Origin: Planctomycetota bacterium
Lineage (GTDB): Bacteria > Planctomycetota > UBA1135 > JACQFD01
DNA: 64,000 nucleotides
Direction of reading: 5' to 3'
Assembly: GCA_046160785.1 (NCBI GenBank)
Contig: JBJXHE010000112.1
Coordinates: 77,016-141,015, forward strand
This document shows, one piece after another, positions 47,252 through 56,880 of this stretch. Below the pieces are notes generated by a model. The model was not told the origin of the DNA. It saw only the letters and a program-made list of their open reading frames with translations, and did no database searches. Every line of letters starts with the position of its first letter. The stretch's first letter is position 1. The translations under genes and the position numbers were made by a program.

Positions 47252-48006
47252 TGTGGTTTTCCAAGAATGCGGCAAAGGTCGAGCGTGACCAGAACTTGGG
47301 ATGCGTTCGTTAGTGATGCGTTTCGCGGTTGCGCGGCCGGCCGAACAGAAACGGCGTCGAGCGAATAAAACGGGCCGCGCTCGCGCCGGCGCAAAAGGCC
47401 GGCCGCGAAGTTTTGGTGCCGCGCGTAATCTGTAACATATTCTAAACGGATCTTGCGCGTCGAAAAGTAAACTCCGTATCGTGATACTTGCGCATTATTT
47501 TTAGCTATTGCAGAGGCGCTAGGCGACGGAAATGCAACATAATTAAATTCGATGCGCGGAGCTTCTTCGGCAGCAATTAACAAATAGCGCACCGTTATAA
47601 ATTGAAAAATTGCCTCGGGCTCGGGCACGTCAGCCTTTGGAAAAAGCGCGGCGACGGAATTGATAGATTTGCCCGTGCGCGCCGCGTATTCAGCGGAGAA
47701 CTTCTCGCGCTCCTCAGGCGACGTGTCCGCCGGATCGCCGTCGCGGTTTTGTAACAATTCCGCGAGGGAGCGCGCCCACAATTCCGCGTCGCGCGCAGAC
47801 TCTAATTCTGTTTGAGTCGCGGCCTGGTCGTGCGCGGGCACCGCGGCGAGATGAGCTCCGATTTCCGCGTTGCGTTTTTGTAGACTAACAATCGTGTCGC
47901 CCGTGTCGCGCGCGGCGGGGCCGGTGATTGCAAATAATCGAACGGCCGGAACCGCGGCTCCGGCAACGAAAAGCGCGCCCACAAAAATAATATTTCGCGG
48001 ATTCAT
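47248..48006 (-). CDS. PilO/GspM-like bitopic membrane protein (assignment by topology and position only)
   Basis: 252 aa. N-terminal TM IIFVGALFVAGAAVPAV is followed by a coiled-coil-like segment. ATGA overlap with the upstream PilM-N fusion gene. Confidence 0.5.
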   Translation of the reverse strand: MNPRNIIFVGALFVAGAAVPAVRLFAITGPAARDTGDTIVSLQKRNAEIGAHLAAVPAHDQAATQTELESARDAELWARSLAELLQNRDGDPADTSPEEREKFSAEYAARTGKSINSVAALFPKADVPEPEAIFQFITVRYLLIAAEEAPRIEFNYVAFPSPSASAIAKNNAQVSRYGVYFSTRKIRLEYVTDYARHQNFAAGLLRRRERGPFYSLDAVSVRPAAQPRNASLTNASQVLVTLDLCRILGKPQ

Positions 48007-49652
48007 CGGCGCCCTCCGTTCCCAAACGGTTTTGTATCATTTACGGATATATCAAATTCAAATTTAACTTTCATTCTAGCGCCGGTCTGACGCCGCGGCG
48101 TCCCGTCAGACGCAGGGGCGAATATGGCACTTTCCTCAAGGAGGCTCGGCTCGGGCAGCCCGCTCGCTCGAAACCTGGATCGAACGTTTGTATCAAAATT
48201 TGGAGGCGGCGCCCCGTCTTCGGACATTGGAAGCGTGAATTGTAATATTAACACAACCGCTTTTTCTGTATGATTCCAATCCGCCGCTTCGATCGTCGCG
48301 CGTTCGTCGAGCGATTCGAGAACGGATGTTAATGATTGTTCCCACGCATTCCACTCGGCCGGAATTCGCCACGCCAGCAGCGCGCGGTCTTCGCGCTGCC
48401 GCGCCGATTCTTTAAGTTTAACAATCTCCTTTGAAGATTCGAGGCGCTCGGCGACTTCGTTAATTACTTTTTCCGATTCGGTATTTGTTACTTTTGCGTG
48501 ATGAAGTATCCATTCGCTGCCCGCGGCGCCCGCCCAGAGCGCGGCGATCGAGAATACAATTGCGGGCGTTTTTCGTTGTATTTCGCGCGCGAGGTTCGTT
48601 CGGCACAGCGAAACTGTAGCGTGCGAACTTCCACCCGCGTCGAGCGCCGCGCCGAGCGCCGAACTAAAACTCGGCACTTCCGCGACGAGCGAATGCCCGA
48701 ACAATTGTTTATGAATCGCGACGCGGTTCCATTTGTTATGAATCTCGACCGGCAATTTTAATGTTAATGAAACGCGGTCGGCGAGCCCGGGAATATTAAC
48801 ACCCGCTCCTGTTATTAAGATTCGCCGCGGCGAAAATGCTGTATTTCGCGCGCGCCCGAATTCAATCGCATTTGTTATTTTCTGCGCGAGCCGGTCGGCA
48901 AACTCGACTCCGACATTGCGGAACCGGGCGTCGGCGCGCGAGCTTTCGAGATCGTGTCGCTCAGAATTAGCTTCCTTTTCGCCCAAGCCGAAACGCTCCT
49001 CGAGCGTCCGCGCGATCCACATCGTTCCGTCGGGGTCGGTTTTTGTTAGCGGTCCGTCGCGCAGCCCGAGCACGATGTCGCACGTCCCGACGCCAATTCT
49101 AACAACGACGGCGTCGCGAACTTCGAATCCATCAAATCGCAGCGCGTCGAGAACCGCGAGCGGCGAAATTGTAATTCTGTCGGGAACGATCGAGACGCCC
49201 GAGAGTGCATCAAGGTATGCGCCTACAATTCCCCCGCTGCCGGCCGCCGCGAGCACGCGCGTTTCATTAATACTCGGTCCGGGAATTTCACAATAACCGT
49301 GAATCGACTCGGGCCCCGCCGCGCCGAGGCGCGTGCGAACTTCATAATCGACTAATTCGGGAATTCGTTTTTTTGTAACCGGCGGCAAATCTAACAAAAA
49401 CGTTTCAAATCCGACGCCCGGAATCGCGACGCCGACGCGGTCGCTTTTCTTAATTTTGTGATTCACTACAAAAATCGACAGCGCCTTGCGCAGCGCCGCG
49501 TCGAGATCCTCGGCCGTCGACCGCATCGGATCGCGGTATGTATCAATTCGGTCGACTAAGTTAATTTCATAATTCGCACCGCGCTTGCCAAGACGGACGA
49601 CGCGCACGCTCGTGCTGCCGAGATCAATGCCCCAAACCGCGTCGTTGAACAT
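48003..49652 (-). CDS. PilM-like actin-fold ATPase domain fused to a PilN-like TM and coiled-coil region (GspL-like topology)
   Basis: 549 aa. VWGIDLGSTSVRVVRLG is the phosphate-1 motif of the actin/PilM fold, with later VVVRIGVGTCDIVL and ILITGAGVNIPGL. A TM helix (PAIVFSIAALWAGAAGSEWIL) and a coiled coil follow. Confidence 0.75.
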   Translation of the reverse strand: MFNDAVWGIDLGSTSVRVVRLGKRGANYEINLVDRIDTYRDPMRSTAEDLDAALRKALSIFVVNHKIKKSDRVGVAIPGVGFETFLLDLPPVTKKRIPELVDYEVRTRLGAAGPESIHGYCEIPGPSINETRVLAAAGSGGIVGAYLDALSGVSIVPDRITISPLAVLDALRFDGFEVRDAVVVRIGVGTCDIVLGLRDGPLTKTDPDGTMWIARTLEERFGLGEKEANSERHDLESSRADARFRNVGVEFADRLAQKITNAIEFGRARNTAFSPRRILITGAGVNIPGLADRVSLTLKLPVEIHNKWNRVAIHKQLFGHSLVAEVPSFSSALGAALDAGGSSHATVSLCRTNLAREIQRKTPAIVFSIAALWAGAAGSEWILHHAKVTNTESEKVINEVAERLESSKEIVKLKESARQREDRALLAWRIPAEWNAWEQSLTSVLESLDERATIEAADWNHTEKAVVLILQFTLPMSEDGAPPPNFDTNVRSRFRASGLPEPSLLEESAIFAPASDGTPRRQTGARMKVKFEFDISVNDTKPFGNGGRR

Positions 49653-49667
49653 AGTTAATATTTTGTT

Positions 49668-50459
49668 TTATTCTTTACTTTGTTTCGGGATCGGAATGCC
49701 GAGTTCTTTCATCGCGAGCTGTATATCATTCCAAACCTTTACTTTCTCGGCGGGATTTCTTAACAGATACGCGGGGTGAAAGGTAGGAATCACGGCCCTG
49801 CCGTTCAAATGATACACTTTTCCGCGAACCCTACTGATCGTGTCGCGCTCGCCGGCGCCCGCGAGTTCGCGCATCGAGTGGCGGCCGAGTGGAATGACCA
49901 CTTCGGGATCGATCACTTCGATTTGTTTATTTAAATATGGGAGGCACGCGGCAACTTCATCGGGCATCGGATCACGGTTTTCGGGCGGGCGGCATTTTAC
50001 AATATTTGCAATAAAAACGTCCTTGCGTTCGAGGCCCATGCCGCTCTCGATAATTTTTGTTAACAATTGGCCCGCGCGCCCGACGAACGGGCGGCCGAGT
50101 TCGTCTTCCGTTTGGCCGGGCCCCTCGCCTACAAATAAAACGCGCGCGGCCGCGTTGCCTTCGCCGGGAACGGCGTGCGTGCGCGTTTCGCAGAGGCGGC
50201 AAAGTTTACAATTCACGACTTGATTACGAATCGCATCCAGCGCACTTACCTTCTCCGCGGCCGATCGTTGCACTTCGCCGCGCACGGGCGCCATCGACCG
50301 GCGCGCGTCGCCGGCGGCGGGCGCAATTGTTGGAATCACTTTTTCGTTTAAAAGTTGCGGCGCGGCAAAAGGCGTTTGCACAGTTGGCGACGGCCGCGTT
50401 TCGGCAGAGGGAATCGATGCAAATCCCGCCTCGTCCATGAACTCGAGGTGGCGCCGCAC
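49668..50459 (-). CDS. Family-4 uracil-DNA glycosylase (4Fe-4S type)
   Basis: 263 aa. CKLCRLCETRTHAVPGEGNAAARVLFVGEGPGQTEDELGRPFVGRAGQLL and HPAYLLRNP. Confidence 0.85.
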   Translation of the reverse strand: MRRHLEFMDEAGFASIPSAETRPSPTVQTPFAAPQLLNEKVIPTIAPAAGDARRSMAPVRGEVQRSAAEKVSALDAIRNQVVNCKLCRLCETRTHAVPGEGNAAARVLFVGEGPGQTEDELGRPFVGRAGQLLTKIIESGMGLERKDVFIANIVKCRPPENRDPMPDEVAACLPYLNKQIEVIDPEVVIPLGRHSMRELAGAGERDTISRVRGKVYHLNGRAVIPTFHPAYLLRNPAEKVKVWNDIQLAMKELGIPIPKQSKE

Positions 50460-50570
50460 TCCGCGAACTACGGCGCGTGCAACTTCGCGAATCGTGTTTT
50501 TGTCGTTAGTGTTCAGGGAATTTAGTTTAACAACGAATCTGCCTCGGCCGCGATTCTAACTTATCCACAC

Positions 50571-53105
50571 TTGGAACTTTTCCCGCCCAACTTTATTGGT
50601 AATTGGCTCGAAACGCTGGGGCCCACGCCGGGCGTCATCGACGGCATACTCATTCTCGCCGCCGCGGCGGCGACAGCATCATTCGCGGCAGCGCTTCAAC
50701 TCGGAAAGCGCGCGGTCGTCATCGCGGCGTTATTAACAATGTCGCAAGCGCCGATCCTCGGCGCCGTGCCGCTCGATATTCGCGTTTCATTAGCAAGCAA
50801 CATTTTTGGAATGTTAGCGCTGGCGGCTGCAGCCCAAAATAAGGACGGCGTTTATTTACATCCGATCGCAAGCATTTTATTGGTAATATTATCTTTTCTG
50901 TGCGGATCGCCGATCGCGATCGCCTATTTTTTTGGTGTGGCGATGTTGCTGTGGTTGCGCCCGAGCGGCGGAAATGCAACTTCGCCGTTCATCTGGAGCG
51001 GCTCGGCGATGGCAGCGGCGGCCGTGCTGTTCGTCGTTGCCGCGCTGCAACGGAATATTAATTTTTCAACAGCTCCGGTCGTCAGCGCAGTATTAGCATT
51101 CGTCGCGCCGGCTGAATTTTCACCGGACCTCGCTCAATTCAGGAAGAACACCTTCTTTACTATTATCGCGGTCCTTCTGTTACTTTCGGTCTCGGCGAAG
51201 CGGAATAGAATCGCAGGAATATTAGCCTATGCGTTCGTCGGAGGCATCGCGGGATTTGTATTCTTCGGCGAGACGCGCGATTATTTACATGGCCGCTCCT
51301 GCGCCGCGTTCTCGCCGCTCGCCGCTTTCGGTTGGATGTTACTGATCGAACGATTGTCGGCGACGCGTCTAGCAAAAGTAAAAATCGGCGTGGCCGCCGC
51401 TTGGATCGCGTTCAATCTTTATTTCGGAATCTCTCAATTTTTATTAACTAAAAATACCGACCTCTATCTCGAACAAGCCGTTTTCGCCGCCCCGCGTTCC
51501 GCAGTGCTTCGCGAAGCGCGTTGTGAGGTTTTATTAGCAAAGGCGAGGGTCGAACCGGACCCAGCAGCGCGACAACTGTTAAATGCGCGCGCTGCGCGCA
51601 TCTTGCTTGAAGTCCCCGCCCAGCTTCCCGTGTCGGTGCGTTATCGATTGATACACAAAGGAATCAACGCCGCACTGCTCGCGCGTGAATTTACAATTGT
51701 CGAAAATGCTCTTATTAACATTTCAACGCTCGCCGACGGCGATGAACAGAAGGGCGACGCCGCCATTCTGCGCGCGCGTTATTTTGAAATACAACAAAAG
51801 ACGGCCGACGCGCTTCGATGCCTCGACGCGGCTGTCGAGCAGTATCCCGCGGCGCGCGGCGTCCGCGCTTATTATCTAAAAACGGCGGCGCCGTTCTATT
51901 CACAACAATTGGCGAAGGCGGCGCATGATAAAGATGCCGCGGGCGCGGCAGCCGCGACACAACAATTAGACACGTTACAAAAACTCGCGGAACGCGATCT
52001 CGGAACGGAGAATCCGGCGCATACCCGCTCGGCGGCGCTCGCCGCACGAGGCCGCATTTCGCTCGCGCGCGGAAAAGCCGTCGAAGCGACACGCGATTTT
52101 AATGATGCAAAACGCATCCAACCTAACAATTCGGATGCTTACATTGGCGCGGCCGAAGTTTTTTTAACACAAGGAATGATCGAAGGCGCTTCGTCCGAAC
52201 TTCGGCTCGGGATCGATGCGACGCGGCCCGTTCCGCCCACGGAATTAATTGTGATGCTCGCCGGCGTCGAGCTTCAGCGCGGCGTGGAGCCCGAAGGAAT
52301 ATTACAAATCCTTGATGCGGCGCGCGCTTCGGATCCCGGATCGTTATTATTAATAAAAACGCTCGCGGCGGCGCACGTCGCGAACGCGGAAAAGAAAATT
52401 GAAAAGGGCGACCTCGCGGGCGCCGAGAAATCACTAACGATCGCGCTCGCCGAATCGCCGGAAGTCGCGCGCGTCCACACGGCGATGGGCAAACTTCGCG
52501 ACCAGCAAAAACGCGTCGACGAAGCCGTGCTTTGCTACAAAAAAGCGTTCGCGATCGAAGCGAGCGCCGAACATCGCGAACAGCTCGCGGGCGCGGTGAA
52601 AACGCAGGCGATTGCGCATTTGTATGCTAAAAAACGGTCCGGCGCCGTCGAGGCATTCTTATATTTGCGATCGCTGCAGCCGGCGTCGGTCGATCTCGGC
52701 GTCGGAGAAGATATATTAGTTGACGAAGCTAAAATTGAATTTGAAAAGGGAGCGAAGGCTCTCCAGACGAATGATACAAAAATCGCGAAAGAGCATTTTG
52801 AGAAGTCGCTACAATTCTTTCCGGACGGATTCTTTGCATTAAATGTCCTCGGTACGCTCGCCGCCGAAGCTCTCGAATCCGAAAAAGCCGTCGACTATTG
52901 GGAACGCGCGCTTGTGTCCGCGAAGAAGCAACAGATCGATATCGCCGATTTCGCCACTCACTACAATTTGGCCAGCGAATTCCGCCGGAACGGAAAGCTA
53001 CAAAAAGCCAAAGACATGCTGCGCGAGTACCTCGCGCTCGGCCGCGGCCCCCATCGCGTGAAGGCAGAAGCACTGATCGAGATCATCGACGAAGTCGGGA
53101 AATAG
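50571..53105 (+). CDS. Polytopic membrane protein (~300 aa, many TM helices) fused to a long C-terminal TPR domain
   Basis: 844 aa. The N-terminal third is hydrophobic and the remainder is TPR-like helical repeats. The track start is TTG, so the start is uncertain. Confidence 0.7.
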   Translation: MELFPPNFIGNWLETLGPTPGVIDGILILAAAAATASFAAALQLGKRAVVIAALLTMSQAPILGAVPLDIRVSLASNIFGMLALAAAAQNKDGVYLHPIASILLVILSFLCGSPIAIAYFFGVAMLLWLRPSGGNATSPFIWSGSAMAAAAVLFVVAALQRNINFSTAPVVSAVLAFVAPAEFSPDLAQFRKNTFFTIIAVLLLLSVSAKRNRIAGILAYAFVGGIAGFVFFGETRDYLHGRSCAAFSPLAAFGWMLLIERLSATRLAKVKIGVAAAWIAFNLYFGISQFLLTKNTDLYLEQAVFAAPRSAVLREARCEVLLAKARVEPDPAARQLLNARAARILLEVPAQLPVSVRYRLIHKGINAALLAREFTIVENALINISTLADGDEQKGDAAILRARYFEIQQKTADALRCLDAAVEQYPAARGVRAYYLKTAAPFYSQQLAKAAHDKDAAGAAAATQQLDTLQKLAERDLGTENPAHTRSAALAARGRISLARGKAVEATRDFNDAKRIQPNNSDAYIGAAEVFLTQGMIEGASSELRLGIDATRPVPPTELIVMLAGVELQRGVEPEGILQILDAARASDPGSLLLIKTLAAAHVANAEKKIEKGDLAGAEKSLTIALAESPEVARVHTAMGKLRDQQKRVDEAVLCYKKAFAIEASAEHREQLAGAVKTQAIAHLYAKKRSGAVEAFLYLRSLQPASVDLGVGEDILVDEAKIEFEKGAKALQTNDTKIAKEHFEKSLQFFPDGFFALNVLGTLAAEALESEKAVDYWERALVSAKKQQIDIADFATHYNLASEFRRNGKLQKAKDMLREYLALGRGPHRVKAEALIEIIDEVGK

Positions 53106-53121
53106 CAGCCGCCCGGTAAGT

Positions 53122-53195
53122 GGGACAGTCCCTCTTCTGAAAACGGATTAACGGGGACAGTCCCTCTTTTGAAAACGGGGACTGTCCCCCTTTTC
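53122..53195 (+). terminator. Intrinsic terminator with a duplicated 5' arm
   Basis: GGGGACAGTCCC (53153-53164) pairs perfectly with GGGACTGTCCCC (53178-53189), followed by CTTTTC. An extra direct copy of the 5' arm and loop (gggacagtccctcttctgaaaacgg) lies at 53122-53146. Confidence 0.65.
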
Positions 53196-53247
53196 AGGCG
53201 CTGCGGGAATCTTTGTCCAAAAGTTGCCCGACGCGCCAACCCGGTGC

Positions 53248-55890
53248 ATGCGACACCTACGCCTACTCACCTCGGCCTGCGTTCTTGCGTCGGCCTCCCT
53301 CGTTTCTTCCTCGTTTGCCCAGGACGCCTTCCGCGCCAGGCAATATTCCGGACCACTCGAAAGCCAGGACATCTGCACCGCCGACTTCAACAGCGACGGC
53401 CTTGCGGACATCGCGACTGCGGACGGCTACAACAGCGTCTTCACCTTGCTTTTTGGCTCGAGCACAGGCCTCTCGGGGCCCTTGCAGATTACTACAAATA
53501 GTGGTGGAGTCGTCAGCGGCATCTGCACCGCGGATTTTGACGGCGACACTCTGCCCGACATCGCAGTGTCCATCCGAGACTACGATGTTGTAGAGATCTT
53601 TCTCAACACCGGCGGCAATTTTGCATACTTCGCGACTCACAGTGTCGGTAGTTCGCCGATTCGAATTGAAGCCGGTAAGCTCAACAGTCAGGACACCAAT
53701 GCGGACCTCGCTATCCTGTGCCAGGGCGGTTACGAAGTCTGGGTGCTCATGGGCGATGGAACCGGCGGTGTGTTGGCCACTTCGCAAGTGTTGCCGTTCG
53801 GTTCAACCGGGAGTTCTGGATTCACCGACATGTCTCTAGGAGACTTGAACGCCGACGGAATCCTCGACTGCGCCGTCTCGATGCCACATGTCGAACAGGT
53901 CTGGCTTGGGACGAATGACGGCTCGGGCAATTTCGTTACGTCGGGAACGATCACTCTAGTCCCGGTTGTTGTTTCCGATGTGCAAGCACAGTCGATTGCG
54001 ATTGGCGACTACGACAACGATGGCAACGGCGACGTCTTTGTACTTGCAAACCACAACCAGCGCGTTGAAGTGTATCAGGGCGACGGTAACGGCGGCGTCG
54101 TAGGCCTCACGATTACGAAAGATGAAGGCGCGTTCTGGGACGGTTGGAAACTCATAGTCGACGATATCAATAACGACGGATTATTAGACTTCGCAGTCGG
54201 CCACACCAATGACGTCGAATTACACCTCTACTATCAAAACGGAGGAACGTTCGGCGGCGGTGTGTATGAGCCGTGGTTACCTGCATCGCCGGGAAACTTC
54301 GGTATGGTCTTCGCAGATGTGGACGGCGACGGCGACCGTGATTGTGCAGCTCCTAGTTCGGGCTTCTCGGGAATCACACTCATCAAGGCTTCTCTGCCCG
54401 GCGTTTTTGAAGTGCCCAATGATGCCTACGCATCGCCAGTGACTGACTCGGTTGCACTCGCCGACTTGGACATGGACGGCAACTGCGACATCGTCACGTG
54501 TGATGAAGGAGCAGACCGGGTACTCTTGACCTACACTGACGGGAATGGAAATCTTGTTAGTTTTTTCGACGCACCCACCGTCGCCGGATCTCCGTGGCAC
54601 ATCGAGGCCGCCGATTTCGATGCCGATGGAAAACCAGACCTGGTCACGGCGAACAAGAGCTCCAACGACATTGCAGTGCTATTCAACTTGGGCGGCACAG
54701 GAAACTTCAGCGTACCTTCACATACCAACGCGGGCAGCGAGCCTCGCTATCTGGCAGTCGCGGATGTCAATCTCGACGGCAACCCGGATGTAGTCGTTGC
54801 GAACTCTTTGAGTTCCGATATTAGTGTACTTCTCGGCACTGGGCTCGGTAACTTCACGTCGGCGGGAAGCGTCGCGATCGGCGGAGAACCCTACGGTGTT
54901 GAAGTTGGTGATCTCAGCGAAAACGGATTCCCGGAACTCGTCGTTGCAGATAAGGCATCGGGCCTCGTCGCGGTATGCGAGAATCTTAGTAATGGCGTTT
55001 TCGGATCGCCGGCCAACTACATCATCGGCGTGCCGACAACTTCAGGCACTATCGCCGTCGCGATCGGCGACGTTGACAATGACCTCAGGCTTGACGTCGC
55101 GGCCGTCGGTAACTTCGACAACTCACTCACCGTCTTCAAAGGCGATGGAACCGGCGCGTTGGTGAGCAATACGAGCTATACGATTGGTTGGGCGCCAACA
55201 CATGTTGTTCTCGCGGATGTATCTGGAGATGGAATGCTCGACGCAGCAGTTGTTCACCACGGGATCGAGTCTCGAAACCTCGGCATTATTACAAATGATA
55301 CTGCTGGTGGATTCGGCCTTCCGATGGTCACGTACGGAATGTACAACCGTCAGTCCTATTCGAAAATGGAACTCGAGGCTGCTGACCTGAACTCCGATGG
55401 TATGATGGACATCGTTTGCGCCAACGGTCTCTTCGCGTCGGTGTACATGAACCAGCGCACACAGCCAAACGGCCTCGGACTCTCGCTCACAGGCACACCT
55501 GGCTGTCAGGGTCGAATCGGTATGTCTGCGATTGGAGCACCGCAGGTCAACACACCCAACTACGGATTCACTGTTACAAACGCTCCACCGCGCTCACTCG
55601 GGCTTGGAATCGTTGTCGATGTGCCGGACCTCGTGGGTAGTGATCCATTCGGAATTTTCGTCACGTTCCACGTCGACTTCATCTTCTCGAACGAGATCAT
55701 CCCGCTGGACATTATTAGCGACATGGTGGGCGGCGCGTTTGTGCCCGTCGCGATTCCTAACAATCCCAATATTGTTAACATGACGTTCTATCTGCAATCA
55801 CTCTGGGTCTTCAACCCGGCGGCACCCTGCGATCCTTCGCCGCTTGGAGCCAGCACTTCGAGATTGTTAGATATTACGATTCTTCCGTAG
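53248..55890 (+). CDS. Secreted FG-GAP/VCBS repeat protein (about 880 aa)
   Basis: The track ORF starts at 53224 (TTG). The ATG at 53248 gives signal peptide MRHLRLLTSACVLASASLVSSSFAQD. There are many repeats of the type DFN.DG..D.. / GDG.G.F. Confidence 0.8.
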   Translation: MRHLRLLTSACVLASASLVSSSFAQDAFRARQYSGPLESQDICTADFNSDGLADIATADGYNSVFTLLFGSSTGLSGPLQITTNSGGVVSGICTADFDGDTLPDIAVSIRDYDVVEIFLNTGGNFAYFATHSVGSSPIRIEAGKLNSQDTNADLAILCQGGYEVWVLMGDGTGGVLATSQVLPFGSTGSSGFTDMSLGDLNADGILDCAVSMPHVEQVWLGTNDGSGNFVTSGTITLVPVVVSDVQAQSIAIGDYDNDGNGDVFVLANHNQRVEVYQGDGNGGVVGLTITKDEGAFWDGWKLIVDDINNDGLLDFAVGHTNDVELHLYYQNGGTFGGGVYEPWLPASPGNFGMVFADVDGDGDRDCAAPSSGFSGITLIKASLPGVFEVPNDAYASPVTDSVALADLDMDGNCDIVTCDEGADRVLLTYTDGNGNLVSFFDAPTVAGSPWHIEAADFDADGKPDLVTANKSSNDIAVLFNLGGTGNFSVPSHTNAGSEPRYLAVADVNLDGNPDVVVANSLSSDISVLLGTGLGNFTSAGSVAIGGEPYGVEVGDLSENGFPELVVADKASGLVAVCENLSNGVFGSPANYIIGVPTTSGTIAVAIGDVDNDLRLDVAAVGNFDNSLTVFKGDGTGALVSNTSYTIGWAPTHVVLADVSGDGMLDAAVVHHGIESRNLGIITNDTAGGFGLPMVTYGMYNRQSYSKMELEAADLNSDGMMDIVCANGLFASVYMNQRTQPNGLGLSLTGTPGCQGRIGMSAIGAPQVNTPNYGFTVTNAPPRSLGLGIVVDVPDLVGSDPFGIFVTFHVDFIFSNEIIPLDIISDMVGGAFVPVAIPNNPNIVNMTFYLQSLWVFNPAAPCDPSPLGASTSRLLDITILP

Positions 55891-55938
55891 TGATGGTGTG
55901 CGGGCTGCGGGACAGAGTCTCGCAGCACTAGGAGTTCG

Positions 55939-55983
55939 GCGCGCGGCGAGACGGTTCAACTGTTTTGCCGCGCGCTTTTGTTT
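55939..55983 (+). terminator. Candidate intrinsic terminator after the FG-GAP gene
   Basis: GCGCGCGGC (55939-55947) pairs with GCCGCGCGC (55967-55975), followed by TTTTGTTT. The 19-nt loop is long. Confidence 0.45.
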
Positions 55984-56010
55984 ACGTTTATCAAGCGGCT
56001 AGCGCGCCGC

Positions 56011-56880
56011 CTACTCTTCGACACCCTCGCTCTTTAAGTTCGTGCTCGATACAAACGACGAACCGAATCGGCCTTTCACACAGAGGTGGCCGCTCGTCAC
56101 GGAGTGATCTGCCGCAGACGTGACGCGCACAATCTGGTTGTCCTGCACGCGAAGGGTGAGTTCGCAACCAACACCACAGTAGCCACAGATCGTGTCGGTT
56201 TCGGTCTGCTTCGACTCATCCCACTTGCCGCTCTCGCGAAGATCGTACTCTGTCTTGAACATCAACGCCCCTGTCGGACAGACCCCGACACAGTTACCAC
56301 AGAAAACGCACGCGGAGTCGGGAAGTTCCGTGTTCAGCTCAGTCGCGATGTGCCCGTCAAAACCGCGTCCCGCAACCGCGATCGCAAAGGTGTTTTGTGC
56401 GTCCGTGCCACACGCCTCCACGCACTTATAACAGAGCATGCACTTTTCGTAGTCACGTACAAAGAGCGGGTTGTCGATTTTCACCGGCTGCGCAACTGTC
56501 GCCGCGCGCTCGCCAAAACGCTCCGGTTTCGCGCCGTACTGCTCGACAAGTTTTCCAAACGTAGGTGAGAGCGACATGTCGACCGACGAACCTAACAATT
56601 CGAGCACGAGTTTGCGGGAGAGTTGCACGCGCTCGCTGTCGGTCTTGATCACCATGCCCGACTCGGCCTTTCGAGAACAGGCAGGCGGCAGTGTGCGCGA
56701 GCCTTCCAATTCAACGACACAGATACGGCAGACATTGACCGGAGTGAGGTTTTCCGCGTAGCAAAAAGTCGGTGTGTCGATCTGTAGCTTCTTGAGCGCG
56801 TCGAGCAGAGTAGACCCTTCAGGGACTGTCACGCTGCGACCGTCGACGGTCACTTCCACCGTTCGATTTGTAACGTTCAT
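56011..56880 (-). CDS. Fe-S subunit equal to the N-terminal part of an NAD-type formate dehydrogenase alpha subunit (2Fe-2S, NuoG-type and 2x ferredoxin 4Fe-4S, Mo-bisPGD 4Fe-4S domain)
   Basis: 289 aa. TFCYAENLTPVNVCRICVVE, CMLCYKCVEACG, CVFCGNCVGVCPTGA, then TICGYCGVGCEL...GHLCVKGRFG (molybdopterin-oxidoreductase Fe4S4 motif), with the protein ending shortly afterwards. Confidence 0.85.
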   Translation of the reverse strand: MNVTNRTVEVTVDGRSVTVPEGSTLLDALKKLQIDTPTFCYAENLTPVNVCRICVVELEGSRTLPPACSRKAESGMVIKTDSERVQLSRKLVLELLGSSVDMSLSPTFGKLVEQYGAKPERFGERAATVAQPVKIDNPLFVRDYEKCMLCYKCVEACGTDAQNTFAIAVAGRGFDGHIATELNTELPDSACVFCGNCVGVCPTGALMFKTEYDLRESGKWDESKQTETDTICGYCGVGCELTLRVQDNQIVRVTSAADHSVTSGHLCVKGRFGSSFVSSTNLKSEGVEE

